Below are positions 40,418-53,816 of a stretch of 64,000 bases of DNA, in pieces; the first letter of the stretch is position 1, and each line of letters starts with the position of its first letter. Made by a program: the position numbers and the translations under genes. Source of the DNA: Octopus sinensis (Eukaryota); assembly GCF_006345805.1 (NCBI RefSeq), contig NC_042998.1:119040001-119104000 (forward strand). Direction: 5' to 3'. A model generated the notes under the pieces. It had not been told where the DNA came from. It did not search any database and saw only the letters and a list, made by a program, of their open reading frames with translations.

Positions 40418-42889
40418 CGCGCGTGCGTGCGTGCGCCACTTAATTGCTTGAACTGCTGGTTTCTTTTAATGTACCCCCATCACACCAAAAAATACCTCCA
40501 CTTGCTGAAAAATTACACCTGAATTTCCAATAATTTTTCTAGTAAGCTCTCAAATTTTTCGTTTTTATTTTCTCTCTGCAGTCTTGCTATATTCATATTT
40601 TTCTATTGAGAGCTTTGCCTACATTTCAGCACTTACTATCTTAGTGGCATCAGTGAAAGTTTGCTTTAACAACGTTTACTCAAGTGACTTCTTGTGTCAC
40701 AGTCACATATTCAGAGTGTACGTTTAACACGATTAGAGCTTTTGTCATCATTACAATTTTATAACAGTAAGGACGCCATGATTCATACCTGGCCATCAGT
40801 TATCAACAATGGATATACAAACTTTTAGAAGCAGAATTTATCAATAATTGTGCAGAAATTTTGCAGTATGTATTTAACACATTATCGACAGGAAGCCATT
40901 CTCAGCTCTTCTCATAGATATTGCTATAAATGTGGTTATTACCTTTGGGATACAATATAATACAATCGGAGGGGCCTAGTGTGTGTCTACGTCCATAAAA
41001 ACTATACACTAAAGCTGAGGATAGTGGATAAATTCGCTTGCAGTGGGATTGATCTGATACTTCGTGTCGGTCCCTCCGTCGTCTGAGAAAAAGAACTGTA
41101 ACGGAATCAAGGGTTTCTTCTGGTATATAGTTATATGAAAGTTAGACAGTTCTTAGGATAGGGACATCTGCAACAGATGGTAAACAGTTCTTAAGATAGG
41201 AAAATTTGTGACTAAATTTGAACACTTCTACTTAAAAAAACCTATTACCAGCTTGTTCAATTGATTTAATGGAATTCACTAATCATCGACAATAACATAA
41301 GCGTCTCTAATAGATGTATCTAGCAACGGCAGCAATTAATTTGTTTGTTGTTGTTTTGTTCGTATCTTCAGATATATTAAAGAAGCGTGTCTATTGAATC
41401 CACTCGGGGTTACTGAGTCTTGCAGAAAAATAACCGAGTGTAGGCTCAAACTGAGTGACACATTTGATTGAAGAATCGTGGGATACATCGCAGTCTTTAC
41501 ATGCCGCAAGCTTCCTACCATTCTATGATGTTACCATTTCAACGCAATACTATTCTTCATATTATCGTCACTGGAAGAAGAAAATATGAAATGTAAATCA
41601 ATAGACTTTGATGTGAGAATTGACGACATACATCGAACTAAACACTGTTAAACCTACAGTTTATCTCTTTTCCTCTCTCCACTTACTAATTCACCCATAA
41701 AAAAATAATATATTTCTACGACAGTGATTTATTATGATGTCCGATGTCACTTTTTATATCTTTAATCAAAGAACAACTTGATCTTTCACGCTGCTAATAT
41801 TTCCTTTATTATACCAACTCACTCTCACGCCTCTTCTTTGCTTTTTACACTCTTTCTTTTCTCAAAGACATCCTCTTTATATATGGTCTACACATTAAAA
41901 CAATTTTATTTAGAGATATATCAAAGCATTGCTTTATTTGCAACAGATAGAAAGAAAAAATACCATCATCCTCTTTCGCTAGACCTATTAATGAAATGAT
42001 GTGATGGATAAGTAAGATGTTCTGGTTGATTAGTATCCTGGGTATGTCTCCGGATATATATTTTTATTTTATAGTATTTTATTCATGAGAAATAATACTT
42101 TCCTTCCTTGAAACTTTCATTGTAACTTTGAAGTTCCTGTGAATTTCATTAGTATAAAGTAGATTTTATCGACCTTTACTTAACATCCTTCCCCAGAATC
42201 GTTGATTCATAGAATGTTTTATGGTCCTTAACGCTATATCTTACACCAAGAGATTGGTCAATATGTAGTTAGAATGAACAAGCCAATTGTAAACCAAGCA
42301 TTCAATTTTATTTTTATTAGCCTATTCGACGAAAAAAAAAATCGAAAATAAAATAACACATCTACATCTATCACTTCAGAAAATTAGGAAAACGTTAAGA
42401 CCACTGATTTGTCTGTGTCGAAAGTATAATTGGCTTTAGACACGACACATAATGTGATAATTTTTCCCATAGGTATAACAACTATAGCATGGAATCCACA
42501 ATAGTTAGTGATTCATTAGGCAAATGTTGAATTCACCATAGACAGTAAGCTATCGTTTAATCTCAGTTCAAGTGATTTAGCTAATACCCATATATTTAAC
42601 ATAGATAAGTGGACTAGTTAGTAAACTTCACACACACATACACACACACACAAGCATATATATAAAGAGAGAGGAGGAGGGAAGATATAGACGAGTGCGC
42701 GTTTGTGGTTAAAAACAAGTAAGAGAGTACTCAATATGTGTACATGGAATGTATTTGCTTGAGACACAAAAAACTTGCTTCGAAACTACTACAAGTCAGC
42801 GCTGAGTGCGACTGTGTATGTGGGGATATGATAAAACAGAATTGTCGATTAAATGATTGCATGTAGAAAGAAACTCATGTGGCAACAAA

Positions 42890-43125
42890 CAAATGCGAGG
42901 TAATAAGCTTGCTTCTCAAGCACATGGTTTCAGGTTCAGTCCCACTGCGTGGCACCTTGGGCAAGTGTCTTCTAGTATGGCCTCGGGCCAACCAAAGCCT
43001 TGTGAATGGATTTAGTACAATGAAACTGAAAGAATCCAGTCTTATATATGTATGTGTGGGTGTGCGTGTGTGTGTGTATTATCTATGTGCGCGTGTGTCT
43101 TTGTGTTTGTTTGTCCACCATCATT
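42890..43125 (+). mobile_element. SINE
   Basis: AAGCTTGCTTCTCAAGCACATGGTTTCAGGTTCAGTCCCACTGCGTGGCACCTTGGGCAAGTGTCTTCTA, repeated elsewhere in the window. Confidence 0.8.
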
Positions 43126-43279
43126 GTCTTTCGTTCTTTGAAAGAATAGTTCATGCTCCATGTACACATGCTTCGTACTTTTTTTGTTACACGCTTCATG
43201 ACGCCCTGTGCCTACATAAGCATTATATATATATATATATACGTATGGATGTAAGTATGTACGTATACGTATGTATATA

Positions 43280-43323
<44 letters not shown>

Positions 43324-43331
43324 ATATATAG

Positions 43332-44735
43332 GAGATAAATAAAAATATATGCATACATACAAACATATATGTACGTACCTACATCTACATGTATATATAC
43401 ATGCATATATAAATAATTATACGGAAGTACAGGACATCACAATAAGACGTAGAAACAGAAAAGCCAAAAAACAAAAACAAGAAAACGGAAAACGAAAACC
43501 AAATACAGGACAGGTTACACAAGGACAAAACCCCCGTCATCAGCTGTCGCTAGAGGATCAGGCATGTTCGAAGGCATAACAGAAACAACTAATCCATAGG
43601 CCTTCCTGCGAGAGAATTAAAATAAAATTTCAAGCAGCGGGGCACAATGAGTACGAACACAAACAAGACGTAACAATAACTGCAAATTAAAATACATGTA
43701 AAAAACAAACACAAGAGGACGAACGAAAAAGCCTTTTTTCTGGCATAGACAAACAATAAAACTGCAAAAATAAAAATACATGTACAAAAAGTACAATTAG
43801 TTACAAAACGAGAAAATAACAAGAATACTATACAGGAAATTAACCACACAAGGGGACGAACGAAGAAGCCTTTTTGCTGGCAAGGGACGAAGTGTAGTAG
43901 CAGCGCGTGGAGGCAGTCTTTTCAATAGTGGTAACCACGTGTAAAGGAATTTGTTTTATAGGCAAGGAAGAGGGAAGGAGGAGGGGACACGCGGCGAAGA
44001 GAGAGGAGGAGGGGGAGGGAGAAAGATTGAAGAGGTTAAAGCAAAGGGAGAGAGTACCGCATCTTCAATATAATAATATTAATATAAAAAAAGGGGACCA
44101 AGAAGTGGATCGAAACGACGAATCGGAACGAACCTGATGCGGGGCGCTGTCAGACAATAAGGATAAATAAAAATATATGCATACATACAAACATATATGA
44201 CGTACCTACATCTACATGTAATATACATGCATATATAATAATTATACGGAAGTACAGGACATCACAATAAGACGTAGAAACAGAAAAGCCAAAAAACAAA
44301 CAAGAAAACCGGAAAACGAAAACCAAATACAGGACAGGTTACACAAGGACCAAAACCCCCGTCATCAGCTGTCGCTAGAGGAGTCAGGCATGTTTCGAAG
44401 GCATAACAGAACACTAATCCAATAGGCCTTCCTGCGAGAGAATTAAAATAAAATTTCAAGCAGCGGGGCACAATGAGTACGAACACAACAAGACGTAACA
44501 ATAAGACTGCAAAATTAAAATACATGTACAAAAACAACACAAGAGGACGAACGAAAAAGCCTTTTTTCTGGCATAGACAAAAAATAAAACTGCAAAAATA
44601 AAAATACATGTACAAAAAGTACAATTAGTTACAAAACGAGAAAATAACAAGAATACTATACAGGAAATTAACCACACAAGGGGACGACGAAGAAGCCTTT
44701 TTGCTGGCAAGGACGAAAGTGTAGTAGCAGCGCGT
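43332..44735. mobile_element. ~575-bp direct repeats (43332-43907 and 44161-44735) around a ~250-bp spacer, in (TA)n; pLTR/TRIM-like
   Basis: Both copies run GATAAATAAAAATATATGCATAC...GTGTAGTAGCAGCGCGT and differ mostly by 1-bp indels. Confidence 0.7.
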
Positions 44736-44754
44736 TATATATATATATATATAT

Positions 44755-44797
<43 letters not shown>

Positions 44798-45273
44798 ATA
44801 TATATATACACTGAGCTCTCTATCTAAAGATAGCGCACTTTCTATTGTCTATTGCCATAGAGTTTGCATATGACGATTCGTTTATGTTCCTACATGCTCA
44901 ACCTGCATCAAGAAACCCGATCGATTATAAGAAGCATTCCAGCCTTACCCTTTATTGCATATCTGAAAGTAAATAATCAAATGCTTACTGTATTTGGTTT
45001 TGTCCTTTGTTAAGACGGTAGGAATGTATGCGGTGTTAGGGGGATTGACCCCCAACTTCCAGCTGTTGAGCGAACACTTAAAGTCTTCTTTATCACTTAG
45101 TGCCTTTGACTTAAATGAGATGAATATTTTGGTGTAAGTACTTGTAAGTGAAGAATTTGTAAATTTTGGAAGTAATAACAAAGGAGGTAATCTTTTATTT
45201 ATACCGAAATTGTGTAACTTACACGTTCATGTACAATACTACACACGGGCGCGCGCGCACGTACACACATATG

Positions 45274-45316
<43 letters not shown>

Positions 45317-45366
45317 TGTTTGAAGTGGTGTACAGATATTGTATATTAAAAAGGAGGCAATCAGAG

Positions 45367-45479
45367 TTTTGAGATAATTTTTCATTAACACTTTCGTTCG
45401 TTTAACCGAACGCTTCAAGTGGATTTATTACCTTGAATAGTTCAGTTAACGGACGTGTTAATGAATAATTATCCCAAAA
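45367..45479. repeat. ~113-bp imperfect hairpin (mini-MITE-like)
   Basis: TTTTGAGATAATTTTTCATTAACAC...TTAACCGAAC..TTCAAG pairs with CTTGAA..GTTCAGTTAA...GTGTTAATGAATAATTATCCCAAAA. Confidence 0.7.
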
Positions 45480-45525
45480 TTGTGACTGCTTCCTTCTTAA
45501 TTTATATATATTATACACTCACACA

Positions 45526-46692
45526 CAGGCATGACAGAAGTAAATAGACGCCTTTATAATCGCTAACATTTATTTAAGCCTGAAATTATACATTCAAGCT
45601 ATTTAGTAATTATTATAATGTGAATATCTAATGTTTAGTAGCATGCCCTTTGCATTTTTCAATGCAAGGACTTTATTAGGCATGCTACGGGTCAGACGAC
45701 AACTATTCTCTTTAGGTATTTCTTGCCAAGTTTCATACAGCAATCTCCAGAGGTCTGGCCTTGTGGATGCTTTCTTGTTCTTTTTACAAAGTGCCGTGTC
45801 CATTATGCCCAAGAGGTGTTCAATAGGTTTCATATCTGGCTTGGTCATGGAAGCTTTTTAATGCCATTCTCTTCTTATCTGTGTGATAAGGAACCATATC
45901 TTCCATAAAAAAGTCTTCTTTAATCATTTCACCACTGGAGAAGATTGGAAGGAGTCCTTTTTGCAATATGGACATATATTTATCTCAGTTTATGTTTCCC
46001 TCACACTCCACCATCTCTGATCGACCATCGCTCAAAATTGGTCCCCAGACCATCACAAAATAGCCACAGTGTTTCATCGTTGGCTGCAATCTTTTCACAT
46101 CAAATTCTTAATCACAGAGTCACCAGACTCACACTCGACCACTGTCTGGATTCATGAGAGAATATGACGGCGTCCCAAAATGCTAGTGGCCTCTCCACCA
46201 TCTCACTGGCCCAATCTTTTCTCGACTTGATATTGGCTGGTCGAAGGAGTGGCTTCCTTCTTGCTGCTCTGTCATAGTAACCAAGTTTGTGGAGATACTT
46301 GACAGCTATTCTGGGACTGACATCAACTTGTTCTGCTATGTCAGAGTCCTTGCAATGAAGATTATCCTCCACACTTCACTCAACAAAGTGAAGGGTCCTG
46401 TCAGACGACACTAGTCGACCACTATGGGATTACGTCTAATCCTTCTCCTCTATTAACTGTAGAAAGTGTGATCTCAAAGTTCACCTTCAGATTGACCCAC
46501 AATACGGCCTCTTTGAAATTCTAAAAAAATTCCAAGGCTTCTTTTGTACGTGGAATGATGGCATAATTAAGCACTCACATATAGAGCCTGAAACATAAAA
46601 ATGTCAATTAATAAAAATATATAAACCTTGTCAAGTTAAAATAACCATAAAACGATGTTTTATGGGGTGGCTATTTACTTCTGCCACTGCTG
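45526..46692 (-). mobile_element. Tc1-type (DD34E) transposon with diverged TIRs and a broken transposase
   Basis: TIRs CAGGCATGACAGAAGTAAATAG and CTATTTACTTCTGCCACTGCTG. ORF pieces AARRKPLL...FWDAVIFSHESR and PDMKPIEHLL (cf. WxxVxFSDES, SPDLNPIEHLW). Confidence 0.9.
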
Positions 46693-46792
46693 ACAGAGAA
46701 AGAAAAGGAAGTAGAAGTTGTAAGGAAGATAATACTCAGACGAAAACCTTTTTCTTGTGTGTGTTCGTGCTTAGACGCATACGCACACACAT

Positions 46793-46863
<71 letters not shown>

Positions 46864-47649
46864 TAATATACTCGAATATACACATAAATAAATATATAAA
46901 CGTATATATATACATACATAACATACATACACACATATATATGTATGCATATACACATACGCCCGCATACACGTATACACATATTCACACTAATATACAT
47001 ACACCTATAAAAATTGAATATATATATATATGGAATTTGAATATATATATATATATATATGTATATAAGAACGTAAACATTATGCATATATATACATTTG
47101 GATCTGGGTTGTCTTCATCTAGAGACAGAAACGGGCAACCATGCACCTCTTTCTCTCCCAGGTTAAAGTCGGTGTGTCGCCGATTAAAGCGACTGCTCTC
47201 TTTGAATATGTTCCCTTGGGAAGGGTGTGATGGGATACCCAACACAGCCAAAAACAGCATCTGTCAAAGGAGAGCCACAAGCTGACTCTCCCTCGTCAAC
47301 CAGTAACTTCCCAACAGCGGACGAAGCGGAAGAAGAACCTCTCATATTCTTATGGTTAGATATTCTCAAAAGTTTATGCTGACGGACGAGGAAAATGACT
47401 GGCTATGAAGGAGCAATTCAACTATAATTTAGAATCTGCGGCAGTCCATTGCAGTTTCATCTCCAGTACTGCATGTGCCGCAAAGGAAACTTTTGAAATC
47501 ATAGTGCATGGATCACCTCCCGACAAGTCGTGATCCACCTTAATCAAACCCACGCTATCGGATTTCTTCCTGAGTGCAACTTTGGATTTCCTGTGTTTCT
47601 CCTGCTCATCTTACTTTCTCACATTTTTCCATGCTTCAACCATGACTCA

Positions 47650-48200
47650 TTAAGTCCAACGTCGATTGAAGGATAAGGGAAGCAGTTTTAGGTGAAACTG
47701 GGAGCTCATAATCCGGACCTACACGTTGGCAACAGGTGTATGACGGTTGCCTTCCCAAGACCTTGTAACTACTTGGCGCTCTGATCCTGCTCTTGTATCT
47801 GGGCAGGCCTTTTCAGGACTACAACTGCCCACCCCCAACGGGTAAGGCCAGATAAAAACGAAGACAAAGCATCGGAAGTCATTTTCAGTACCTAGCCGGG
47901 TACTTGCACTCGGCGGGTCACAATTAATGCAGTTATAACACTAAATCTGGATCCAGCTGAAATCCCAAGGCCTAAGCGAAACTAACCTTAGGAACTGCGA
48001 ACGTGGGAAGTCTTTTGGACATAGACAACTATGACAGAAACCGAAAGACAAACTACCCTCGTCTCTTAAAAACACGCCAGACTCATCGTCGACATTGCTG
48101 CACTGAGTGAAACATGACATTGAGATGAAGGAAAGCTCTACGAGGCTAATGCTGGAAATACATTTTTTCTTTATTTTTTTTTTGGAAAGGGAAACATCAA
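47650..48200 (+). mobile_element. RTE/BovB-type LINE 5' fragment (5'UTR and APE endonuclease start)
   Basis: LGTANVGSLL (cf. GTWNVRTL), VDIAALSET and FFWKG motifs of the RTE APE domain. Confidence 0.8.
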
Positions 48201-48229
48201 GGAGGGGAAATTTTGCCAAAATCTTGGCA

Positions 48230-48752
48230 CTACCTGCTCAGACGTCTAGGCGAAATTTTCAAAAAGTTTTCATCATTGTTGACACAATCAATGAGATCTT
48301 GTGCAAACAAACCCGATAGACCTGAAAGCAGTTTGGGCATCTCATACCCAAATCTTCAGTGATAATGGACGGTGATTCGACGATTTCCCCTGACAGCTGC
48401 ACGCACATCTGTGACGTTTTTCTCAGTTCTGCTGGTTGCGAGTCTCCCAGGACGTTTATCAATAACGACATTTTTCCGGCCTCCTTGGAAACGTCTAACT
48501 CACTGCGGCTCATACACTCCTCTCCATACATTTTCTGCAACTTTGCGTCTGCCTCTGAACAAGTATTTCCAAGGCAACTTTCTCTATCACGGTCAATGCG
48601 ACGATCACATACTACACACCTTCCTTCCAAGCACTGCTGTGAGCAACAGAAGTGAGCTAGAACGTTAAAACTTAGTGCACATGCACAACAAAGTTTACTA
48701 TCAATCTGTGTCAAGTGACTTTGCCAACAGTCCGAATGCTTATTGATCAGAC

Positions 48753-48756
<4 letters not shown>
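48230..48756 (-). mobile_element. Mariner 5' fragment (TIR and HTH region)
   Basis: Minus-strand TA-TGAGGTCTGATCAATAAGCATTCGGACTG terminus; CLGNTCSEADAKLQKMYGEECMSRS is typical of the mariner N-terminal HTH. Confidence 0.8.
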
Positions 48757-48802
<46 letters not shown>

Positions 48803-48924
48803 TATGTTTGTGTGTGTAATTGTACACGCATACACACACACACCTAATCGTGTAGTTTCTCGTATTTGTTTCGATCTGTAAGTATTTCACTATTTCTTTG
48901 ACATCAACAGATTTTTTAAAACAT

Positions 48925-49001
48925 TAAATGGCAACGAGGATCCACCTGAATGAAATAGAAATCAAAGGGATCCATAGGTAAAAAGTGGTTGAGAACCGCT
49001 G
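48925..49001. mobile_element. hAT-Charlie-type non-autonomous element terminus
   Basis: Ends GGTTGAGAACCGCTG (reverse complement CAGCGGTTCTCAACC), followed by GTTTATAG. Confidence 0.6.
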
Positions 49002-49229
49002 GTTTATAGCAGCAATGTTACTTTCTCCAAACTTTTTCCAATGAGAGAATGCAGCTAGTGACGCAAGAAGATAGGTCACCTGTGACTCTGCGGAAGCTCT
49101 ACTCTCGATTACAGAGAAGTGAGAGAGAGACATCAATGTTAATGGCACTCTCTATTACCTTGAAGATGTCAGAGATGAGAGCAATGATGTCATAGCTGAA
49201 GCATGATTACAAAAGTTGGAGTATATATT

Positions 49230-50094
49230 GCATAGACTGGGCGATTAAATACTTTGGTGTGTTTAGCAGTAAATTGTTGGCGCATTATTCAAATCCAGCA
49301 GAAAGAACATTACTAAGGCCAATGCTCTGCCTTGTGTGATGGAGTTGGAAGTATTGAAGTGCCTGGGGTGTGTTTATAGCCGGTGCGAAGCTTTTTGAAA
49401 AGAAAGGATGATGTGTAACGTATCAGCAAGCGAATGTGCAGGGGTTTTTTCTAGATGGAGAACTTTTAACGAAATCATCATTTTATAATGAGAACGCAAT
49501 TTTGGTGGATATATTTTTCGCAAGGGATCACAAAAGAATCGGTTGTAGTATGAGAATCGGGGAGAGCTTGAGAGCGTTCTGATGCTAAAGAGATATTCTT
49601 TGCAATCTGGATAGTGATCATTCAAGACTTAAATTACTTGGTGAAATCGGACAGTTTTGAGAAGTGGACATTATACCGGTATTTTAAGCTTTGCATTTTT
49701 CCAGATCGACTGAAACACAACCATGACTATACTACTTTGAATTTTGTTGTGTATATGATATAAAGGGACCTGTCTAAATGGGAAACGGTCTAGCGTTCCT
49801 GAAAGGTCAGGATCGAAGCTCAAACGATGCCAAGGTTAAGTAATATAAGCCTGGAGGACTCGCCCAGTCGGCCGACTTGAAATCCTATAGGATCCGCGGA
49901 GACAGTCTGTGGTTGTATGTTGAGCAGTTGTGACTGCACCAAATACATGCAATTTATGACTTGGATTGATCATGTTTACTTGATTTCTTAGATCGTGGAG
50001 ATAAGGAGTGGATAGATTCTGATCAAAGTGAGGATTTAGATGTATAAAAGTTTGAAGATTTTTCTAAAATACATAGGTAGACACGCTTACACTG

Positions 50095-50095
<1 letters not shown>
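49230..50095 (+). mobile_element. Highly decayed Tc1-type transposase remnant
   Basis: With frameshifts: IW.SDHSRLKLLG (~49605-49645; cf. VLWSDESKFxLFG) and QSADL/NPI (~49865-49890; cf. QSPDLNPIE). Confidence 0.5.
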
Positions 50096-50128
<33 letters not shown>

Positions 50129-50411
50129 TCCTGTGTTTGTGTATGTGTGTCTGTGTGTATGCGTGTGTGTGTGTGTATGTGTGTATGTATGTATGTATAT
50201 ATATATATACATTTGTATGTGTTTGTATGTGTAGGCACATTTTTGTTGGTTCATCGTTTTTGTTGTTGTTGTTAGTTTGATGTATGCCTATATGTATATA
50301 TTATATATGCGTGCGTGAGCGCGTTGTATAGGTATAATATAATGGCAGTACCGAGCATGTATATATTTAGGCTGGAACTAATAAAAGTGTACGAGTGAGT
50401 GATATATATCG

Positions 50412-50446
<35 letters not shown>

Positions 50447-50725
50447 GTGTCCACACACTAATATATATATATATATGTGTGTGTGTTCCTGTGTTTGTGT
50501 ATGTGTGTCTGTGTGTCTGCGTGTGTGTGTATTCATGTGATATATCCACATATCTATGTGTGTATATGCGTGTGTACGTGGAGAGAGAGAGAGAGAGAGA
50601 AGATAGTACAGAGAAGAAAGGAGTGAGAATTAAGAAGAGATGAAACAAACAAGATAAATATTTCATACATCGAAGGGAAAATGAGACAAAGCGATATCGA
50701 TATTACTTCCACAGCACGGACATTT

Positions 50726-50727
<2 letters not shown>

Positions 50728-50766
<39 letters not shown>
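50728..50766. repeat. (TAG)n microsatellite
   Basis: Directly visible. Confidence 0.95.
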
Positions 50767-51119
50767 TGTAAAAATATACATTTAAAATTTGTAAAGAAAT
50801 GCTTATATTTTATTTAATATTCTATGTTGTCTACAACATATGTGTTGTCTACAGCGTATGCTGATAATAGCCTACTGAATATTTCAATAAGCTATTTAGG
50901 CTAAGTAAGCAACAGAATAAAATGACACCGAAAGAGTACTTCGGAGTTATTTCTAATCAGTTATCATTGTTGAAGATTGAAAAAAAAACAACAATAATAA
51001 TAATATATAATTATATATAAAGTGTGAAAATAAGAAGCAAAATTAGAATATAAAATAAGTGAAATGGAATAAAATGGGCAGCAGTCTGTCGTCTATATCC
51101 GTCGCCATAGAAAATATAA

Positions 51120-51158
51120 CTATCGTCGTCGTCGTCATCATCATCATCATCATCATAG

Positions 51159-51216
<58 letters not shown>

Positions 51217-51572
51217 CACCATCAGTAGCAGTATCTACTGCAGCAACATTCGCAGCAGCATTAGCTGCAGCATTGTCAGTAGCAGCAGCTTCGTACACAC
51301 ATTACCTCCAGCGGCGTTAGTATCACCATTACTGCTACTACTACCATCATCATCCTCATCCTCATACCACCACCATCATCGTCATTGTCATCGACAACAT
51401 CATCCTCATCATCCTCATCACCATCTTCATCCTCCTCATCATCATCACCATCAACGTCACACAGCCACGACGATGACCACTAAGTCCTTCACCACCATCA
51501 TCGTTGTCGTCGTCATCGTTATCGTCATCGTCGTTGTCGTCGTCGTCGTCGTCGTCGTTTGCATCATCACCA
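51120..51572. repeat. Compound (CGT/CAT/CAG/CAC)n trinucleotide region
   Basis: Directly visible; source of the poly-D, I, H and V ORFs. Confidence 0.92.
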
Positions 51573-53429
51573 TTCTGCAGATCCTCGATATAGTGGTTTG
51601 ATCCTGCTAGAAATACCAACCAAATCATGTGTAATTCATAATCTACTTTCTTTAAAATGTAGGGAGATATGTCTGTGGTAATGGTCTGGAGGTAACAGCA
51701 GAGATTCCTAAGCTTCGCAGATTTTCCGAAACCAGTAAGACCAACACCTTTAACGTTCGTCTTCGACAGTTGCAAATGAGTCATATTAAAAGCATGTGCA
51801 AAGAGGAAATTCTGTTTTGAGGAACAAGAACTGGATAGAGTGACTAATCGACCCGTATGAGGTAAACAGAGTATTGTGTACTACTATACATTCTCCATAG
51901 ACACTGTTTTGTCATCATCCTACTCACTGCGTCCTTTTGTCACATTCACTCAGAATCTGACACGTCCTTCTTGTCCGTCATAGCTAACAACTAGCAAAAG
52001 AGAACACCTGCTAGAGATAGCAGCCAAATCGCCTTTACATTACACACTACCATCAAGGAGACGAATTATAAGATTTTTTAGAGCTTCAGTTAAAGTGCAT
52101 TTGTCCCAGTTCTCTTTGCTCTGAATTCATAACCTGACGAGGTGAGCTTTAATTTTTATAATTTCGGAGTCATTAAGTAAACTGCCAGTCTAGGGTTAAT
52201 GTACTAGCAGACATATTTAAGCGTCGACCCAGATGCTTTGCATTTTGAGTTCTTCAAATTCCACCCAAGGATTCAATTTTTCGTCGTTGTTCAACGGCTA
52301 ATTACCCGACCACAGTACCGTAATTTATTATGGAAGGTTGCAGTTGATGATGATGGTGGTGGTGATATTGATGATGACGACGATGTCTTAAAAACAAATA
52401 AAAGGTGAAATAGTGGAGAATATAATCCTAGGTGTACTGAGTCTGCTAAAAATGATTTTCCTGCTGTTGTTATTGTTGTTGTTCTCCACATTAACCTTCA
52501 TCGAACATACTTAACATCAAAGGTGTTTCAGCCGTTGTTCTTCGATCATTTCCTAATTTTTGGCCAGAATTTATACAAGAATACCTTACCCTCTATGTCC
52601 TTTACTTTGTAAAGCATAGTGTGATGAGAGGAGTTTTTCTTTACTATTACAAGCAGTTCAAGCTACCACTTAAAGAGTAACACGATTTCTTTCGAAGAGT
52701 GTGTGTTTCACTCACAATTAACAATAGCCATCATGCCTCTGCAGTATTACTTTCAACCGGATGTTTTTTTTTCTTGTGTATTGGACAGCTTTGCCTTTCA
52801 TAGTATGCATGTTTTATGTAGGCTGTGATTGTTGATGGTATTTTAATAATGTGGGTGGACTTTTCTCTATGTATGCGTATATGGTATGTACTTGTTATTA
52901 AATGTTAAAGTAGACAGTTCATGTTCGGTTGCATATTAAATAAATTCTTTGATGCTGCAGCTAAGCACAATATATATATATATATATATATATTAGCTTG
53001 GTGCGTGCTACTACCAGTTTGTTTGAATTATGTTTCTAAAGAGTTGAAGTACAAACACCGATACTCAGAGGCACTCCTGCCGTGCTCATCCCATCCCATC
53101 TTTTTATGAGTATCTAGGCTTACGTTATCTAACGTGACCTTTCTCTTTTTAAGACGATAAGGTGATTTGAGGGGAAAGTTGGTATCCATATTTCTTATAC
53201 CAAGTAACAGGTTTAAGCTGTAGCTCACAAATCTTTATGCTCCACATTCTTGTTTCATTGATTTTCGTATGCCACCAAAAGTAATACCACATTTGAAAAT
53301 AAATAGGTGAAATTTCTCATTACTATCTTTTAAAAACTTAAACAGTAATTTCGATGAGCTCAAAATCATAAGCTTTAGACTCACTGCATAAGAGGTAAAT
53401 ATAAATTGATCTATCAGAAAAACTGATCA

Positions 53430-53816
53430 ATCACAGTTGCTAACATAAAATTCAATGTCTTTTTTATTGCTGCTTCTTATTCATGACTTTATTGAAACCT
53501 CGAACTTTTCTGCTTGCTACGATCCGCAGGTCTTCCTCTGGATTCAGGCGAATTTTGCTTTGATTTACAAAAGAGAGTTGACACCGTATTCACAGAAGCA
53601 TTTCTTTGCATTGAAAAAGCACAGTGTTTGGTTATAATCTCTTAAGGGTTAAAACTGCATATATAGAATATTGAAGGCGTTGGCGTGCTTAGAAAATTAA
53701 ATTTATTTCTAAGAGTTAACAATTTTGTTCTGAAAAGCAATTTAAATACAATATTTACTTTCCCTTTGTCACACACATCTGAAATGCCATCTCGCACCGC
53801 GGGCTGGGAACACCTG
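53430..53816 (-). mobile_element. hAT Charlie/Buster internally deleted remnant
   Basis: Minus-strand terminus CAGGTGTTCCCAGCCC at 53816. Translation CEYGVNSLL*IKAK...NPEEDLRIVAS...KVMNKKQQ resembles the Buster C-terminus (LCExGFS..IKxK.R..L..ExDLR...KQ). Confidence 0.65.

Noticed and set aside
40581-40728. Hydrophobic open frame after a strong acceptor (GPCR TM3-like)
   Set aside because: No DRY-like motif, no convincing donor or partner exons; resemblance too weak.
44340-44440. Hammerhead in the 575-bp repeat (minus strand)
   Set aside because: CTGATGA and GAAAC are present but lack compatible helices and a UH cleavage site.
51011-51601. His-, Asp- and Ile-rich ORFs resembling metal-binding proteins
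   Set aside because: Trinucleotide repeats that are open in several frames on both strands.
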